A DNA stretch of 64,000 nt from Acidimicrobiales bacterium. GTDB lineage: Bacteria > Actinomycetota > Acidimicrobiia > Acidimicrobiales > RAAP-2. Shown piece by piece: positions 9,835 through 19,710 of the stretch. Every line of letters begins with the position of its first letter. Position 1 is the stretch's first letter. A program made the translations under genes and the position numbers. The stretch spans positions 25,006 to 89,005 of the forward strand of contig DATLTW010000074.1 of the NCBI GenBank assembly GCA_035533495.1, in the 5' to 3' direction. The notes beneath the pieces are model-generated. The model had not been told where the DNA came from. It worked only from the letters and a program-made list of their open reading frames with translations, and ran no database searches.

Positions 9835-11890
9835 GCGAGCGGGAGCGATCCATCGTGAGACGTTTGAACTCCCACTGCGCCGAAAATTCATTCACCGGTT
9901 GAAGGCGCCGCCACCGTCGATCGGTTCCTAATACCCAGGTGAAGAGGTCATCACGCCACGTGATCTCAAAGGCTTCGCGCAGTTCACGTTGGAGCGAGGG
10001 GTCTTCAATGGGCACCATGACCTCCACACGCCGATCGAGGTTGCGCTCCATCAGATCAGCGGATCCGATGTAGACCGAGAAGTCCGGCTCACCCTCGCCT
10101 CCGAAGATGAAAATGCGCGAGTGCTCGAGAAACTCACCCACTACCGAGTGAACTTTGATGTTCGCCGACAGACCCGCCACGCCGGGGCGAAGACAACACA
10201 ACGTCCGGACTACCAAACGTATCTCGACGCCCGCGCCGCTCGCTTCGTAGAGGGCATCAATGATCGTGGGGTCGGTGAGCCCGTTGACCTTGATGGCGAT
10301 CTTGCCTAAAGCACCGCGGTCGCGCTGAGCGTTAATTAACTCTACGACCCGCGTCCTCGTGAACAGCGGGCTCACGATGAGCTTTTCGTAGTTGCCAATG
10401 CGTGCGAAGCCCGTGAGGAAGTTAAAGAGCTCGCCCACGTCGTGGGTGATTGCCGGATCACTGGTCAACAGGCCAAAATCCTCGTAGTTCCGGGCGGTCT
10501 TGTCGTTGTAGTTCCCGGTGCCGACGTGCACGTAGCGCACCGTGGTGTCCCCCTCGGATCGCAACACCAACGTGATCTTCGAGTGCGTCTTTAGCCCGAC
10601 GATGCCGTAGACCACGTGCACCCCCGCGTCTTCTAACGCCTTGGCCCACTCGATATTGGCCGCCTCGTCAAAGCGAGCCTTCAACTCCACCAAGGCGACC
10701 ACCTGCTTCCCGCGTTCGGCGGCATGAATTAACGATGCGACGATTGGTGAATCGCCCGACGTTCGATAGAGTGCCTGCTTTATCCCCACCACCTTGGGAT
10801 CGAGGGCCGCTTGCGCCGTGAACGGCTCGACCGAGTCCGTAAAGGAGTCGTAGGGGTGGTGCAGCAAAATGTCGCCCTCGCGAATCGCCGCCAGCACGTC
10901 GCCGACGTGTTCGCCGTCCAGTAGACGCTTGGGCGTGCGGGGTGACCAACTCTCGCCCTTGAGGTCGGGTCGATCGATCTCATAGAGGTTCCACAAGTCG
11001 CTGAGACCGAGCATGGCGTCATTGACGTAGACGTTCTCGGGGTCAAGTTCGAGCTGGTCTATAAGGAGTTTGAGAAACTCCTCGGACATCCCGCGTTGGA
11101 TCTCCACGCGAAGTGCCTTGCCAAAGCGACGACGACGAAGTTCCACCTCGAGCGCCACGAGTAGATCATCCGCTTCATCCTCTTCCAACGTGAGGTCCGC
11201 GTTGCGGGTCACGCGAAAGAGATCAGCTTGACCGATGCTCATGCCGGGAAACAGGCGCCCCAGGTGAGCAATGATGAGGTCTTCGAGTAGACACCAGCGT
11301 TCGGGGCCGGCCCGTAGAAATCGAGGCAGTGAGTTCGGCACTTTCACGCGCGCGCTGCGTTCGTCGTCGGTCAACTCATCGCGCACCGAGACCGCGATAT
11401 TGAGCGAAAGATTTGAGATCATCGGGAAGGGGTGACCGGGGTCGACAGCCAGCGGCGTGAGCACCGGATAGACGTTCTCATCAAAGTATTTCGCGAGGAT
11501 CTCTTTCGCCTCGTCGTCGAGGTCGCGGTACGGCACAATCGCGATGCCACCCTTGGCGAGCTCGGGGAGTATCGAGTCGAGCATGAGGCGATCTTGGCGC
11601 TCCGTAAGTTCGAGCACTCGCTCACGGATCTCGGCGAGCTGTTGGCGTGGTCGCACGCCGTCGACCGAAGGCGTCTGCACGCCGGCGGCCACCTTGTCTT
11701 CTATGCTCACGACGCGAACTTGAAAGAACTCGTCCACCATGTCGGCGAAGATCGCCACGAACTTGCAGCGCTCGAGGATGGGCAACTTCTGGTCATCGCC
11801 GAGGTCTAAGAGGCGCGCGCCAAACTCCAGCCGTGACATCTCGCGACTGGAGAACCTCTCGGGTCCAAACGACGACAGATCGGTGCTCAA
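9821..11890 (-). CDS. ppk1: Polyphosphate kinase 1
   Basis: HHPYDSF, ELKARFDE, KTHSK, GTGNYN, FLEHSR, GSADLMERNLDRRVE; TTG start at 11890 with SD AGAGGA (shorter than the ORF track call). Confidence 0.95.
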   Translation of the reverse strand: MSTDLSSFGPERFSSREMSRLEFGARLLDLGDDQKLPILERCKFVAIFADMVDEFFQVRVVSIEDKVAAGVQTPSVDGVRPRQQLAEIRERVLELTERQDRLMLDSILPELAKGGIAIVPYRDLDDEAKEILAKYFDENVYPVLTPLAVDPGHPFPMISNLSLNIAVSVRDELTDDERSARVKVPNSLPRFLRAGPERWCLLEDLIIAHLGRLFPGMSIGQADLFRVTRNADLTLEEDEADDLLVALEVELRRRRFGKALRVEIQRGMSEEFLKLLIDQLELDPENVYVNDAMLGLSDLWNLYEIDRPDLKGESWSPRTPKRLLDGEHVGDVLAAIREGDILLHHPYDSFTDSVEPFTAQAALDPKVVGIKQALYRTSGDSPIVASLIHAAERGKQVVALVELKARFDEAANIEWAKALEDAGVHVVYGIVGLKTHSKITLVLRSEGDTTVRYVHVGTGNYNDKTARNYEDFGLLTSDPAITHDVGELFNFLTGFARIGNYEKLIVSPLFTRTRVVELINAQRDRGALGKIAIKVNGLTDPTIIDALYEASGAGVEIRLVVRTLCCLRPGVAGLSANIKVHSVVGEFLEHSRIFIFGGEGEPDFSVYIGSADLMERNLDRRVEVMVPIEDPSLQRELREAFEITWRDDLFTWVLGTDRRWRRLQPVNEFSAQWEFKRLTMDRSRSLTQV

Positions 11891-11950
11891 GACAACGGGT
11901 TCCTCTGAAGAGTCAATTGCTTTACACCATCGTACGACTACTGTTGAAAC

Positions 11951-13315
11951 GTGCCAAGACACGTCAACATCGACGCACCTGGCCAGGCGCCCACAACGCC
12001 TGATAGCAAACGGAATCGCCGCTATACCGAACTGGGCTTGATGGCGGTGGCCTGGATTATTACCACCGCCTTTTACGTCTTGGCCTTCTTGGGGGCACAA
12101 GGCAAGATGCCCCCGAGTTTTCTCTTTTTCTTCGCGGGCATTGTGCTGATTTCATTGCTGATGCACTTCGCGATCGCGCGCTACGCCCCCAACGCCTCGG
12201 AGATTCTCCTCCCCATCGCGACGTTGCTCAACGGCATTGGTTACGTCGAGATCGCCCGCTGGGATCCGACGGAGGCCCGAAATCAGGCACTCTGGTTCCT
12301 CGTGAGCGCGGTGGTCCTCGCCGTGACTCTCAAGGTGGTCCGCCACGTTCGAGACCTCGATCGCTATCGCTACTTGACCCTCGTGGCGGCACTTGCGTTG
12401 CTAGCCGCGCCACTCGTGCCCGGGGTGGGTACGACGGTAAATGGCGCGCGCCTGTGGATCTATTTCGGACCCTTTTCCTTTCAACCGGTAGAGATCGCCA
12501 AGATTTTGCTGATCTTCTTCTTCGCGTCGTACTTTGCGGCCAACCGAGATCTCCTTTCGACGCCCACCCAACGGCTCGGGCCGCGCAGGATCGTGCCGCC
12601 AAAGGTCCTCGTTCCGATTTTCGTCGCCTGGGGTCTCTCAATCGCCATAGTGGGCGCGGAGAACGACCTCGGATTCGCGCTCTTGATTTTCGGTCTCTTT
12701 ATTGCGTTGCTCTGGGTCACGACCGGGCTCAAGTCGTACGTCTTGCTCGGTCTTGGGCTGCTCGTCGGTGGAGCGTTCGTGGCGGACCAACTGTTCTATC
12801 AGGTGCAAGCTCGTATCAGCGAGTGGCTCGACCCGTGGTCGGTCGCGAACTTTACCTACTCGCACCAACTCGCCTTTGGCTGGTTCTCCATCGCCGCCGG
12901 AGGAATCACCGGGACCGGCTTGGGCCTTGGCCAGTCGGGCACCGTTCCGTTCATCACGTCGGACATGATCTTTGCCGCCGTGGCGGAAGAGCTTGGTTTC
13001 CTCGGCGTCATCTTAACGCTCTGCCTCTTCGCGGCTTTCGTCGGCGAGGGTTTTCGCATCGCACAACGCGCGTCGTCAGACTTCCTTCGTCTCACCGCCA
13101 CCGGTCTTACCGCCTTGATCGGTTTTCAGGCCATCTTCATCATGGCCGGCGTCCTTCGCTTGCTGCCCTTCACCGGCATCACCTTGCCGTTCATGGCTTA
13201 CGGCGGCAGCTCGCTCATCGCAAACTATCTGGTGGTAGCGATTCTGCTGCGAATATCCGACGAAGGCAACAGCGAAAAACGCGGCGGCGAAGTGCTCGCC
13301 GTCCACCTCGCTTAA
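11951..13315 (+). CDS. SEDS (FtsW/RodA/SpoVE) peptidoglycan polymerase, actinobacterial RodA type
   Basis: NGARLW, FQPVEIAK, DLG, SDMIFA..EELG, TGITLPFMAYGGSS. Confidence 0.92.
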   Translation: MPRHVNIDAPGQAPTTPDSKRNRRYTELGLMAVAWIITTAFYVLAFLGAQGKMPPSFLFFFAGIVLISLLMHFAIARYAPNASEILLPIATLLNGIGYVEIARWDPTEARNQALWFLVSAVVLAVTLKVVRHVRDLDRYRYLTLVAALALLAAPLVPGVGTTVNGARLWIYFGPFSFQPVEIAKILLIFFFASYFAANRDLLSTPTQRLGPRRIVPPKVLVPIFVAWGLSIAIVGAENDLGFALLIFGLFIALLWVTTGLKSYVLLGLGLLVGGAFVADQLFYQVQARISEWLDPWSVANFTYSHQLAFGWFSIAAGGITGTGLGLGQSGTVPFITSDMIFAAVAEELGFLGVILTLCLFAAFVGEGFRIAQRASSDFLRLTATGLTALIGFQAIFIMAGVLRLLPFTGITLPFMAYGGSSLIANYLVVAILLRISDEGNSEKRGGEVLAVHLA

Positions 13316-13803
13316 GCGAAGTAGGACTCCAGCACATCCTCCGAACACAAGATGGGGGCCGGCACACGTTGGCGCAGGGCCATCGAGAGTGCGTCACTGG
13401 TGCGACAGTCAAAGACCTCTTGGCCCTGGGGAGTCATCACATCGAGTTCAGCGTAGAAAATTCCGCCGTCGTATCGAACGATGCGCGCCGCGATCACTTC
13501 GGCCTGCAGGCGCGTCAAGATGGTCGTCATGAGCTCATGGGTACTCGGGCGTCGGCTGACTATCGCCCCGTGGGCGTGCTGGAGCGCAATCGCGTCGCCG
13601 AGCGCCAGCGGGATGACGAGATAGCGAAACGGCGCCTCGGCCTCGAGAAGATGGGCCATCGGCGAAGGATCCGTGAGGTCGAAGAGGACCGAATCGAGAT
13701 GCATCACGCGAAAGGCGACGTCGGGCGATATCGGAGCCTCGAAGGAGCCTTCAGTAGTCCCTTTCGGCGTGGACTCCTCCGCGCTGGGCGATTCGTCACT
13801 CAT
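13312..13803 (-). CDS. Bifunctional nuclease family (DUF151)
   Basis: RPSTHEL, FYAEL and DCRTSDAL.MALR..PI motifs. Confidence 0.85.
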   Translation of the reverse strand: MSDESPSAEESTPKGTTEGSFEAPISPDVAFRVMHLDSVLFDLTDPSPMAHLLEAEAPFRYLVIPLALGDAIALQHAHGAIVSRRPSTHELMTTILTRLQAEVIAARIVRYDGGIFYAELDVMTPQGQEVFDCRTSDALSMALRQRVPAPILCSEDVLESYFA

Positions 13804-13815
13804 CGAGCACCCACC

Positions 13816-14958
13816 CTAACTGCTGACTCGCCGAGAGACCGAGAGCACCGCGCCGCCCGCGACAAAGAAGACCAGGGCCGAGGATCCACCGTAACTCAAG
13901 AGTGGGAGCGGAATGCCAGTCACGGGCATGATGCCCATCGTCATCCCGATGTTCTCAAAACAGCTGAAGGCGAAGAAGATAAAGACTCCGATGCAAAGCA
14001 GTCGCCCCATAGTGTCCTTCGCGTTCTTGGCAATCATGAACATCCGAAAGCCGACAAAGGCCAAGAGCACGATGATGAGGACCGAGCCGACGAAACCTAA
14101 CTGCTCGCCGATGGCGGTAAAGATGAAGTCCGTACGCTGTTCGGGAACGTAACCGAGCACCGTCTGTAACCCATGAAACAGACCCGCGCCACGCACGCCA
14201 CCTGAACCAATGGCGCTCTTCGCGTTATTGACTTCGTAAATGAGGCTCGCCAGATTGGGGTTCGTGGAGTTTTGATTCAGGAACGACACAAAACGGTCAA
14301 CCTGGTATCTCTGCAGGAGGTCGAGATAGATCGCCGCGGCCAGACCCATCGAGCCCAAGACCGCTAGCAACGTCATGAAACGCGGCGGTACTCCGGCGAC
14401 CACCATCATCGCCGAGACGATCAAGACGATAATCACCGACGTGCCGATATCGGGTTGTTTGACAATCAACGCCAACGGCACGGCAGCCATGACGAGCAGG
14501 CGCATCACGTCGTACATCGTGAGCCCCTCCGGGCGGCGAGCGCAGAACGTCGCTATCGCCAATATCAAGATCAACACAGTAAACTCACTGGGTTGAATCT
14601 GAATTGAGCTACCAAAACTGTACCAGCGTTGCGCGCCGAGGGCGCTTTGACCGATCACGAAGACGCCCGCCAGGGCGAAGAGCGAACCCACGTACAACGG
14701 CGTCGCCGCCATATCAAATCGGCGATAGTCGATGCGCGAGAGGATGTACATGCACGTGACGCCCAGTAGCACGAAGAGTCCCTGGCGTTCGAGGTAGTAG
14801 TGCGGGTTGTACCCGGCATTGACGAGCGCCTGACGCGTCGCGCTGTAGATCATTATGACGCCGATGAAACCGAGGGCAATCATTCCCAGAAACAGCCCCG
14901 AGTCGAAGGAGTCCTTCGCCCGAAAACGGCTCACCAGCGCGCTCAGCGCGTCGCTCAT
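13816..14958 (-). CDS. rodA: Rod shape-determining SEDS protein RodA
   Basis: GAQRW, QPSEF, QPD.GT, PEQRTDFIF, TGIPLPLLSYGGSS. Confidence 0.9.
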   Translation of the reverse strand: MSDALSALVSRFRAKDSFDSGLFLGMIALGFIGVIMIYSATRQALVNAGYNPHYYLERQGLFVLLGVTCMYILSRIDYRRFDMAATPLYVGSLFALAGVFVIGQSALGAQRWYSFGSSIQIQPSEFTVLILILAIATFCARRPEGLTMYDVMRLLVMAAVPLALIVKQPDIGTSVIIVLIVSAMMVVAGVPPRFMTLLAVLGSMGLAAAIYLDLLQRYQVDRFVSFLNQNSTNPNLASLIYEVNNAKSAIGSGGVRGAGLFHGLQTVLGYVPEQRTDFIFTAIGEQLGFVGSVLIIVLLAFVGFRMFMIAKNAKDTMGRLLCIGVFIFFAFSCFENIGMTMGIMPVTGIPLPLLSYGGSSALVFFVAGGAVLSVSRRVSS

Positions 14959-15737
14959 TGCAGCACCTCAAGCAGTTTGGCGCCCTCTAAGGATACGCCC
15001 CACCACCACTGCATCTGCAGCGCCGCTTGGTAAGCCAACATCGCGAGCCCATTCATCGAGCGGCATCCCGCGTCCATGTAGAGCCGGCGCCAGGGCGTCA
15101 TTCGAGGTTCGTACAACAAGTCAACCGCGACGGTCTCGTGATGCACACCCTGGAGAACCGCGGCCTCTTCGCCCCGGCCCACCAGGGGCAGGGTATTCAC
15201 GACCAAGTCGACCGGCCGGTACACCAGCGACCGAGAGGAGACGTTCTGGTAGCGACCAGTGAGTTCGTCCACCTTCGCCTCGTTTCGAGCGAGCACCACC
15301 GCCGAGGCCACGCCCTGGTGCACCAGGGCATCGACAATCGCACTGGCTGCGCCGCCGGCGCCCAGGATGACGGCGTGAATGTTCTCAAGCGCGAAGCCCA
15401 TTTCGTTGCTCAAGGCGTTAACGAATCCAGGGCCATCAGTACTCTCGCCAAGAAGCTTCCCGTCACGTTGGACGAGCGAGTTAACTGACTTCGTGCGCTT
15501 GGCGACTTCGCTTCGTTCGTCGCAGATTTCGTTGGCCACCACTTTCAGCGGACTCGTCACCGACAACGCGTCGAACTTCGTCGTCGCGAGCACCCTCAAC
15601 TGATCGGTGCCGTCAAGACCCAACTCCACGCGCGTCGACGTACCGTCAAGGCCCGCGAGTTTAAGGCCCGCCATCTGTAATTGTGGCGAAAGAGAGTGTT
15701 CAATGGGCGAACCCACCACGCCGATTCGCCAGTTCAT
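14955..15737 (-). CDS. aroE: Shikimate dehydrogenase
   Basis: G.PIEHSLSP, VT.PLK, TDG.G, LGAGGAA, GLAMLAYQA. Confidence 0.9.
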   Translation of the reverse strand: MNWRIGVVGSPIEHSLSPQLQMAGLKLAGLDGTSTRVELGLDGTDQLRVLATTKFDALSVTSPLKVVANEICDERSEVAKRTKSVNSLVQRDGKLLGESTDGPGFVNALSNEMGFALENIHAVILGAGGAASAIVDALVHQGVASAVVLARNEAKVDELTGRYQNVSSRSLVYRPVDLVVNTLPLVGRGEEAAVLQGVHHETVAVDLLYEPRMTPWRRLYMDAGCRSMNGLAMLAYQAALQMQWWWGVSLEGAKLLEVLQ

Positions 15738-16747
15738 CCCACCCCCCTTGAGGCGGCGAGTCTCTCGTTCTTCAGTTGCTGGGCGAAAGTGGTGGAAAAG
15801 GCCTCGTCACCTCGCTTATTGATCACGGTGAAGTAGAGCCACGGTCCCGCAGGCGCGTGCAGGACGGCCTTGAGCGCGAAGGTCGACACCGCACAGATCG
15901 GCGTCGGCGTGAGGCCGGTGTTCAGATAAGTGTTGTAGGGGGTCGGCGTCTCCAACATGATGTGCGTGACTGCTCCCCCGTCGCGTCCGAGGAAGTAGAG
16001 CACCGTCGCGTCCATCTGAAGTGGGCCGCCTCGCGCCAATCGATTGAAGATCACGCGGGCCACTTGGGGCATATTGCGAGGGTAGTAGCCCTCTTTTTCG
16101 ACGATCGAAGCGGCCACGATCAACTGATAGGCGTTAAGTCCTCCCACGACCGTGGACGGCGTGAGACCGACCGACGCCGCCTCTTTTTGGAAACTACGCA
16201 CCATATCTTTCACGAGCTCGCGCGGTGTCGTCGTGGGCTTGATGACGTAGTTTCGGGCCCCAATGAGTCCTTCGAGGGAGGTGCCCTGATCGAACGTACT
16301 CGGCGTCTGCTTGGTCGTGGCGTCGGCAACAAAGGCGTTGGCGAACTTCGCGCCCTTGATGCTCACGAGGTTGTGGGCCACCTCGTGCAATGTCAGACCC
16401 GGCGAGACGGTCACCACAACGACGTTGGGCGCAGCACCAAGAATTGCCCGAACGCTGGCGAAGGAGGAGCCCTGGCGAAACTCGTACGTACCGGCTCGAA
16501 TCAGTGGGGTGCCGAGGAAGAGATTCTCCAAGCGGAAGGCGAAGGGCGACGCAATGACGCCGTCCGCGTGCAACTCTCCGGCAATCGTGGCCAACGAATC
16601 GCCCGGGTGCACGGTGACGATGACCTCCTTGCCCTTACCGGCAAAGATTGGATCGATCTGCAAGATGAACCAGCCCGCCACCAGCACGACGAGGACAGTG
16701 ACGCCGAGCAGCACTCGTCGAATCGGCCTAGTGAGCATGGTGGCCAT
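15734..16747 (-). CDS. mltG: Endolytic transglycosylase MltG
   Basis: N-terminal TM; ASIVEKE, V..NRL, LQMDAT, PYNTY..GL.PTPI; follows ruvX; start approximate. Confidence 0.92.
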   Translation of the reverse strand: MATMLTRPIRRVLLGVTVLVVLVAGWFILQIDPIFAGKGKEVIVTVHPGDSLATIAGELHADGVIASPFAFRLENLFLGTPLIRAGTYEFRQGSSFASVRAILGAAPNVVVVTVSPGLTLHEVAHNLVSIKGAKFANAFVADATTKQTPSTFDQGTSLEGLIGARNYVIKPTTTPRELVKDMVRSFQKEAASVGLTPSTVVGGLNAYQLIVAASIVEKEGYYPRNMPQVARVIFNRLARGGPLQMDATVLYFLGRDGGAVTHIMLETPTPYNTYLNTGLTPTPICAVSTFALKAVLHAPAGPWLYFTVINKRGDEAFSTTFAQQLKNERLAASRGVG

Positions 16748-17144
16748 CGACGTAGTTTTGCAGCATGATGACCGCCGCGGCGCTGTCCACGTGGTCACGA
16801 TGCTGCTTGGCCTTTAGCCCCGCTCGTGAAAGTGAGCGGTGCGCTTCGAAGGTCGTGAGGCGCTCGTCCCACTGCGTCACCGAAAGGTCACCGAGCGCCC
16901 CCACCAATTCGTGGAACAGCTCGTCCGCTTGCTTAGTACTCGAGGTCTCGTTGCCCGACAGCGCCACCGGCCGGCCGACCACTACCGCCTCGACCCCTTC
17001 GTCGACAATCAACTGTTGCAACGAAGTGATCAGAGCCTCGTCGTTCGCGAGGGCCGTGCGCGGAAAGGCCATCGTCTCGGCGGAATCAGTGATCGCAATG
17101 CCACAGCGCGCCGCACCGGGATCGATGCCAAGAAGCCGGGCCAT
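16728..17144 (-). CDS. ruvX: YqgF/RuvX pre-16S rRNA nuclease
   Basis: LGIDPG..RCGIA, WDERLTT, DSAAAVIMLQ. Confidence 0.93.
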   Translation of the reverse strand: MARLLGIDPGAARCGIAITDSAETMAFPRTALANDEALITSLQQLIVDEGVEAVVVGRPVALSGNETSSTKQADELFHELVGALGDLSVTQWDERLTTFEAHRSLSRAGLKAKQHRDHVDSAAAVIMLQNYVDGHHAH

Positions 17145-17151
17145 CCAGTTC

Positions 17152-19710
17152 TTAGAGCGCCTTCGCGGCGGCTAACACCGCGTCGATGCCCTTGGGATCG
17201 CGTCCGCCAGCGAGCGCCACACGCGCCGAGCCCCCACCCACTCCCCCGAAGTGCGTGGCGAGCGTCTTGACGGTGTTCGACGCGTCGAGCGACTCATCCG
17301 TGGCCACGGCCAACGACACCTTGTCCTCGTACACGCCGACCAACACCACGACCCGCCGACCGCGGTGTTGCAGATCCTGGGCCAGGGAACGTAACTGGTC
17401 ACCGGGATAGCCGTCCACGCGAGCAACGACGACATCGCCGCTACTGATCGCGTCGAGCTCGGTGGCGAATTGGGCGAGTTGGGCCTGGCGCAGCGAGCCG
17501 ATCTGCTTTTCCACGTCGCGCTGGCGCTCGAAGAGTCGTTCGAGGGCGGGCACCACGTCTTCAAGGGACGTCTTTAACAACGCCGCGACCGATCCGAGCG
17601 CCTGTTCCATCTCGTAACTTCGCCGATGAGCACCCAGGCCGCTCACCGCTTCCAGGCGACGGGTATTGGCACCGATTGAGGACTCACTGACCACTTGAAT
17701 CTGGCCAATATCGCCCAGACGCGCCACGTGCGTTCCCCCGCAGAACTCGAGACTGTGTCGACCCGCGCGCACTACGCGCACCCGGTCGCCATACTTGTCG
17801 CCAAAAAAAGCCACGGCGCCCATCGTTTCGGCCTCGCGTTTGGTGGTTTGGATGGTGTCCACGTGCTCGTTGAGAACGACGTCGGTATTCACCATGGTCA
17901 GTATTTCCTTGGTCTCCTCTTTCCTCAACGGGGCGCCGTGCGAGAAATCGAAACGCAGGCGCTCGGGTCCCACGTAAGAACCTTGCTGGCGAACGTGATC
18001 GCCCAGTACCGTGCGTAGCCCCCCGTGCAAAAGGTGCGTGGCGGTGTGATTGCGCCTCGTCGCCTCACGGCGCTCGGGCTCAATCGTCGCAATGGCGGTT
18101 TGACCCGGGAGGATCTCACCCGTTAGTCGACCCCGATGCGCGACGAGCTCACCGGCCACGTTTTGGGTGTCCAAGACTTCAAAGCGTCCCGTTTCGGTCA
18201 CCACCGTGCCGGTGTCGCCGACTTGGCCACCGGACTCGGCGAAAAACGGCGTCGAATCGAGAAACAACTCGCTCTCGCCGTCTTCGCCGGCCAGAACGGC
18301 CAGTACGGCGGTCTCGACGCTGTAACGATTCACGTCGCGCCCGACGAACTCGGTCGCCCCGTGACGTTCGATCAGTTCTCGGTACTCCGCGTCGTCGGCC
18401 ACGCGCAGCGACTTGGCGTTCGAGCGGGCCCGTTCGCGTTGGAGGGACATCGCCTCGTCAAAGGCCCGACGTTCCACGCTCAGTCCGACCTCGGCGACGA
18501 TCTCTTCGGTCAACTCGATAGGGAAGCCGTGCGTGTCGTGCAACTTAAACGCCGCATCACCAGGAAAGATGGTCAAGCCGCGGGCCAGCACCTGACGCTG
18601 GGCGTCTTCGAGCAGCGCGAGACCGGTTCGCAGAGTTCGAGCGAAGCCCGCTTCTTCACGCTCGAGGACCTCAACAATGAGGTCACGGTCGTGCACGAGC
18701 GTGGGATAGACCCCACCCATCTTTTCTATCGTCGCGTCGACGAGCGAGGCGGCCATCGCGCCTTCGGCCCCGGCGCGCCGGGCGGCGAGCACGGCGCGCC
18801 GGATGATCCGGCGCAACACGTAGCCGCGCCCCTCGTTCGAGGGCAGTACCCCATCGGCCACCAGCATCGTCATCGCGCGTCCGTGATCGGCGATTCGACG
18901 AATCGCCACGTCCGAGGTCTCGTCACGGCCATAGGGGACATTGAGCGCGCGCGACGCCGCGTCGAGCAACGGCGCGAAGAGATCGGTGGCAAAGACCGTC
19001 TCGACACCGTTGAGGATCGCCAACGTTCGCTCAAAACCCGCGCCGGTGTCGATGTTCTTCTTGGGCAGTTCCGTAAGCGACCCGTCCGGCCCCTTTTCGT
19101 ACTGGGTGAACACCAAGTTCCAGAATTCGACGAATCGATCTTCGTCGCCCGTGGCCGGTCCCCCGTCGTCGCCAAAAGCCGGGCCCTTGTCGAAGAAGAT
19201 CTCCGACGACGGTCCGCACGGACCGACCTCGCCCATGCTCCAGAAGTTGTCCTCGCCCATTCGCTGTATCCGCTCAGGCGCAATGCCAATGAGGTCTCGC
19301 CACAGTTCAGCGGCCTGATCGTCAGAGTCGTGCACCGTCACCCAAAGGCGTTGCGGGTCGAGACCGAAGTCCTCGGTGACGAGCTGCCAGGCGTAGGAGA
19401 TGGCGCCTTCTTTGAAGTAGTCGCCGAAGGAAAAGTTACCGAGCATCTCAAAAAACGTGAGGTGACGCTGCGTCGTGCCAATGATGTCAATGTCCAGCGC
19501 GCGAAAGCACTTCTGCACCGAGACCGCGCGCGCGTAGGGGGGGACCTCTTCGCCGGTGTAATAGGCCTTAAAAGGCACCATGCCCGCCACGGTGAACAAC
19601 AGCGACGGGTCGTAGGGGATCAGGCTCGCCGAGGGCACGACGACGTGGCCGTTCGCGGCGAAATAGTTCAAGAAAATCGAACGAAGTTCGGCGGCTTCCA
19701 CGAGAGTCAC
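17152..19710 (-). CDS. alaS: Alanine--tRNA ligase
   Basis: LLFTVAGM, HLTFFEMLGNFSFGDYFK, NHTATHLLH, EFCGGTHV; GTG start overlaps the rarA stop. Confidence 0.97.
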   Translation of the reverse strand: MTLVEAAELRSIFLNYFAANGHVVVPSASLIPYDPSLLFTVAGMVPFKAYYTGEEVPPYARAVSVQKCFRALDIDIIGTTQRHLTFFEMLGNFSFGDYFKEGAISYAWQLVTEDFGLDPQRLWVTVHDSDDQAAELWRDLIGIAPERIQRMGEDNFWSMGEVGPCGPSSEIFFDKGPAFGDDGGPATGDEDRFVEFWNLVFTQYEKGPDGSLTELPKKNIDTGAGFERTLAILNGVETVFATDLFAPLLDAASRALNVPYGRDETSDVAIRRIADHGRAMTMLVADGVLPSNEGRGYVLRRIIRRAVLAARRAGAEGAMAASLVDATIEKMGGVYPTLVHDRDLIVEVLEREEAGFARTLRTGLALLEDAQRQVLARGLTIFPGDAAFKLHDTHGFPIELTEEIVAEVGLSVERRAFDEAMSLQRERARSNAKSLRVADDAEYRELIERHGATEFVGRDVNRYSVETAVLAVLAGEDGESELFLDSTPFFAESGGQVGDTGTVVTETGRFEVLDTQNVAGELVAHRGRLTGEILPGQTAIATIEPERREATRRNHTATHLLHGGLRTVLGDHVRQQGSYVGPERLRFDFSHGAPLRKEETKEILTMVNTDVVLNEHVDTIQTTKREAETMGAVAFFGDKYGDRVRVVRAGRHSLEFCGGTHVARLGDIGQIQVVSESSIGANTRRLEAVSGLGAHRRSYEMEQALGSVAALLKTSLEDVVPALERLFERQRDVEKQIGSLRQAQLAQFATELDAISSGDVVVARVDGYPGDQLRSLAQDLQHRGRRVVVLVGVYEDKVSLAVATDESLDASNTVKTLATHFGGVGGGSARVALAGGRDPKGIDAVLAAAKAL

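Noticed and set aside
11891-12100. N-terminal extensions in the ORF track (ppk1; also yebC, mshC, thrS, alkA, M20 peptidase)
   Set aside because: They overlap neighbouring genes; downstream starts have SD or -10 support and match family N-termini
12454-14100. 548-aa plus-strand ORF, and similar long ORFs (18136-19740, 34016-34948, 34678-35577, 40399-41277)
   Set aside because: Shadow or antisense frames of well-supported genes in high-GC DNA; Arg/Gly-rich with no motifs
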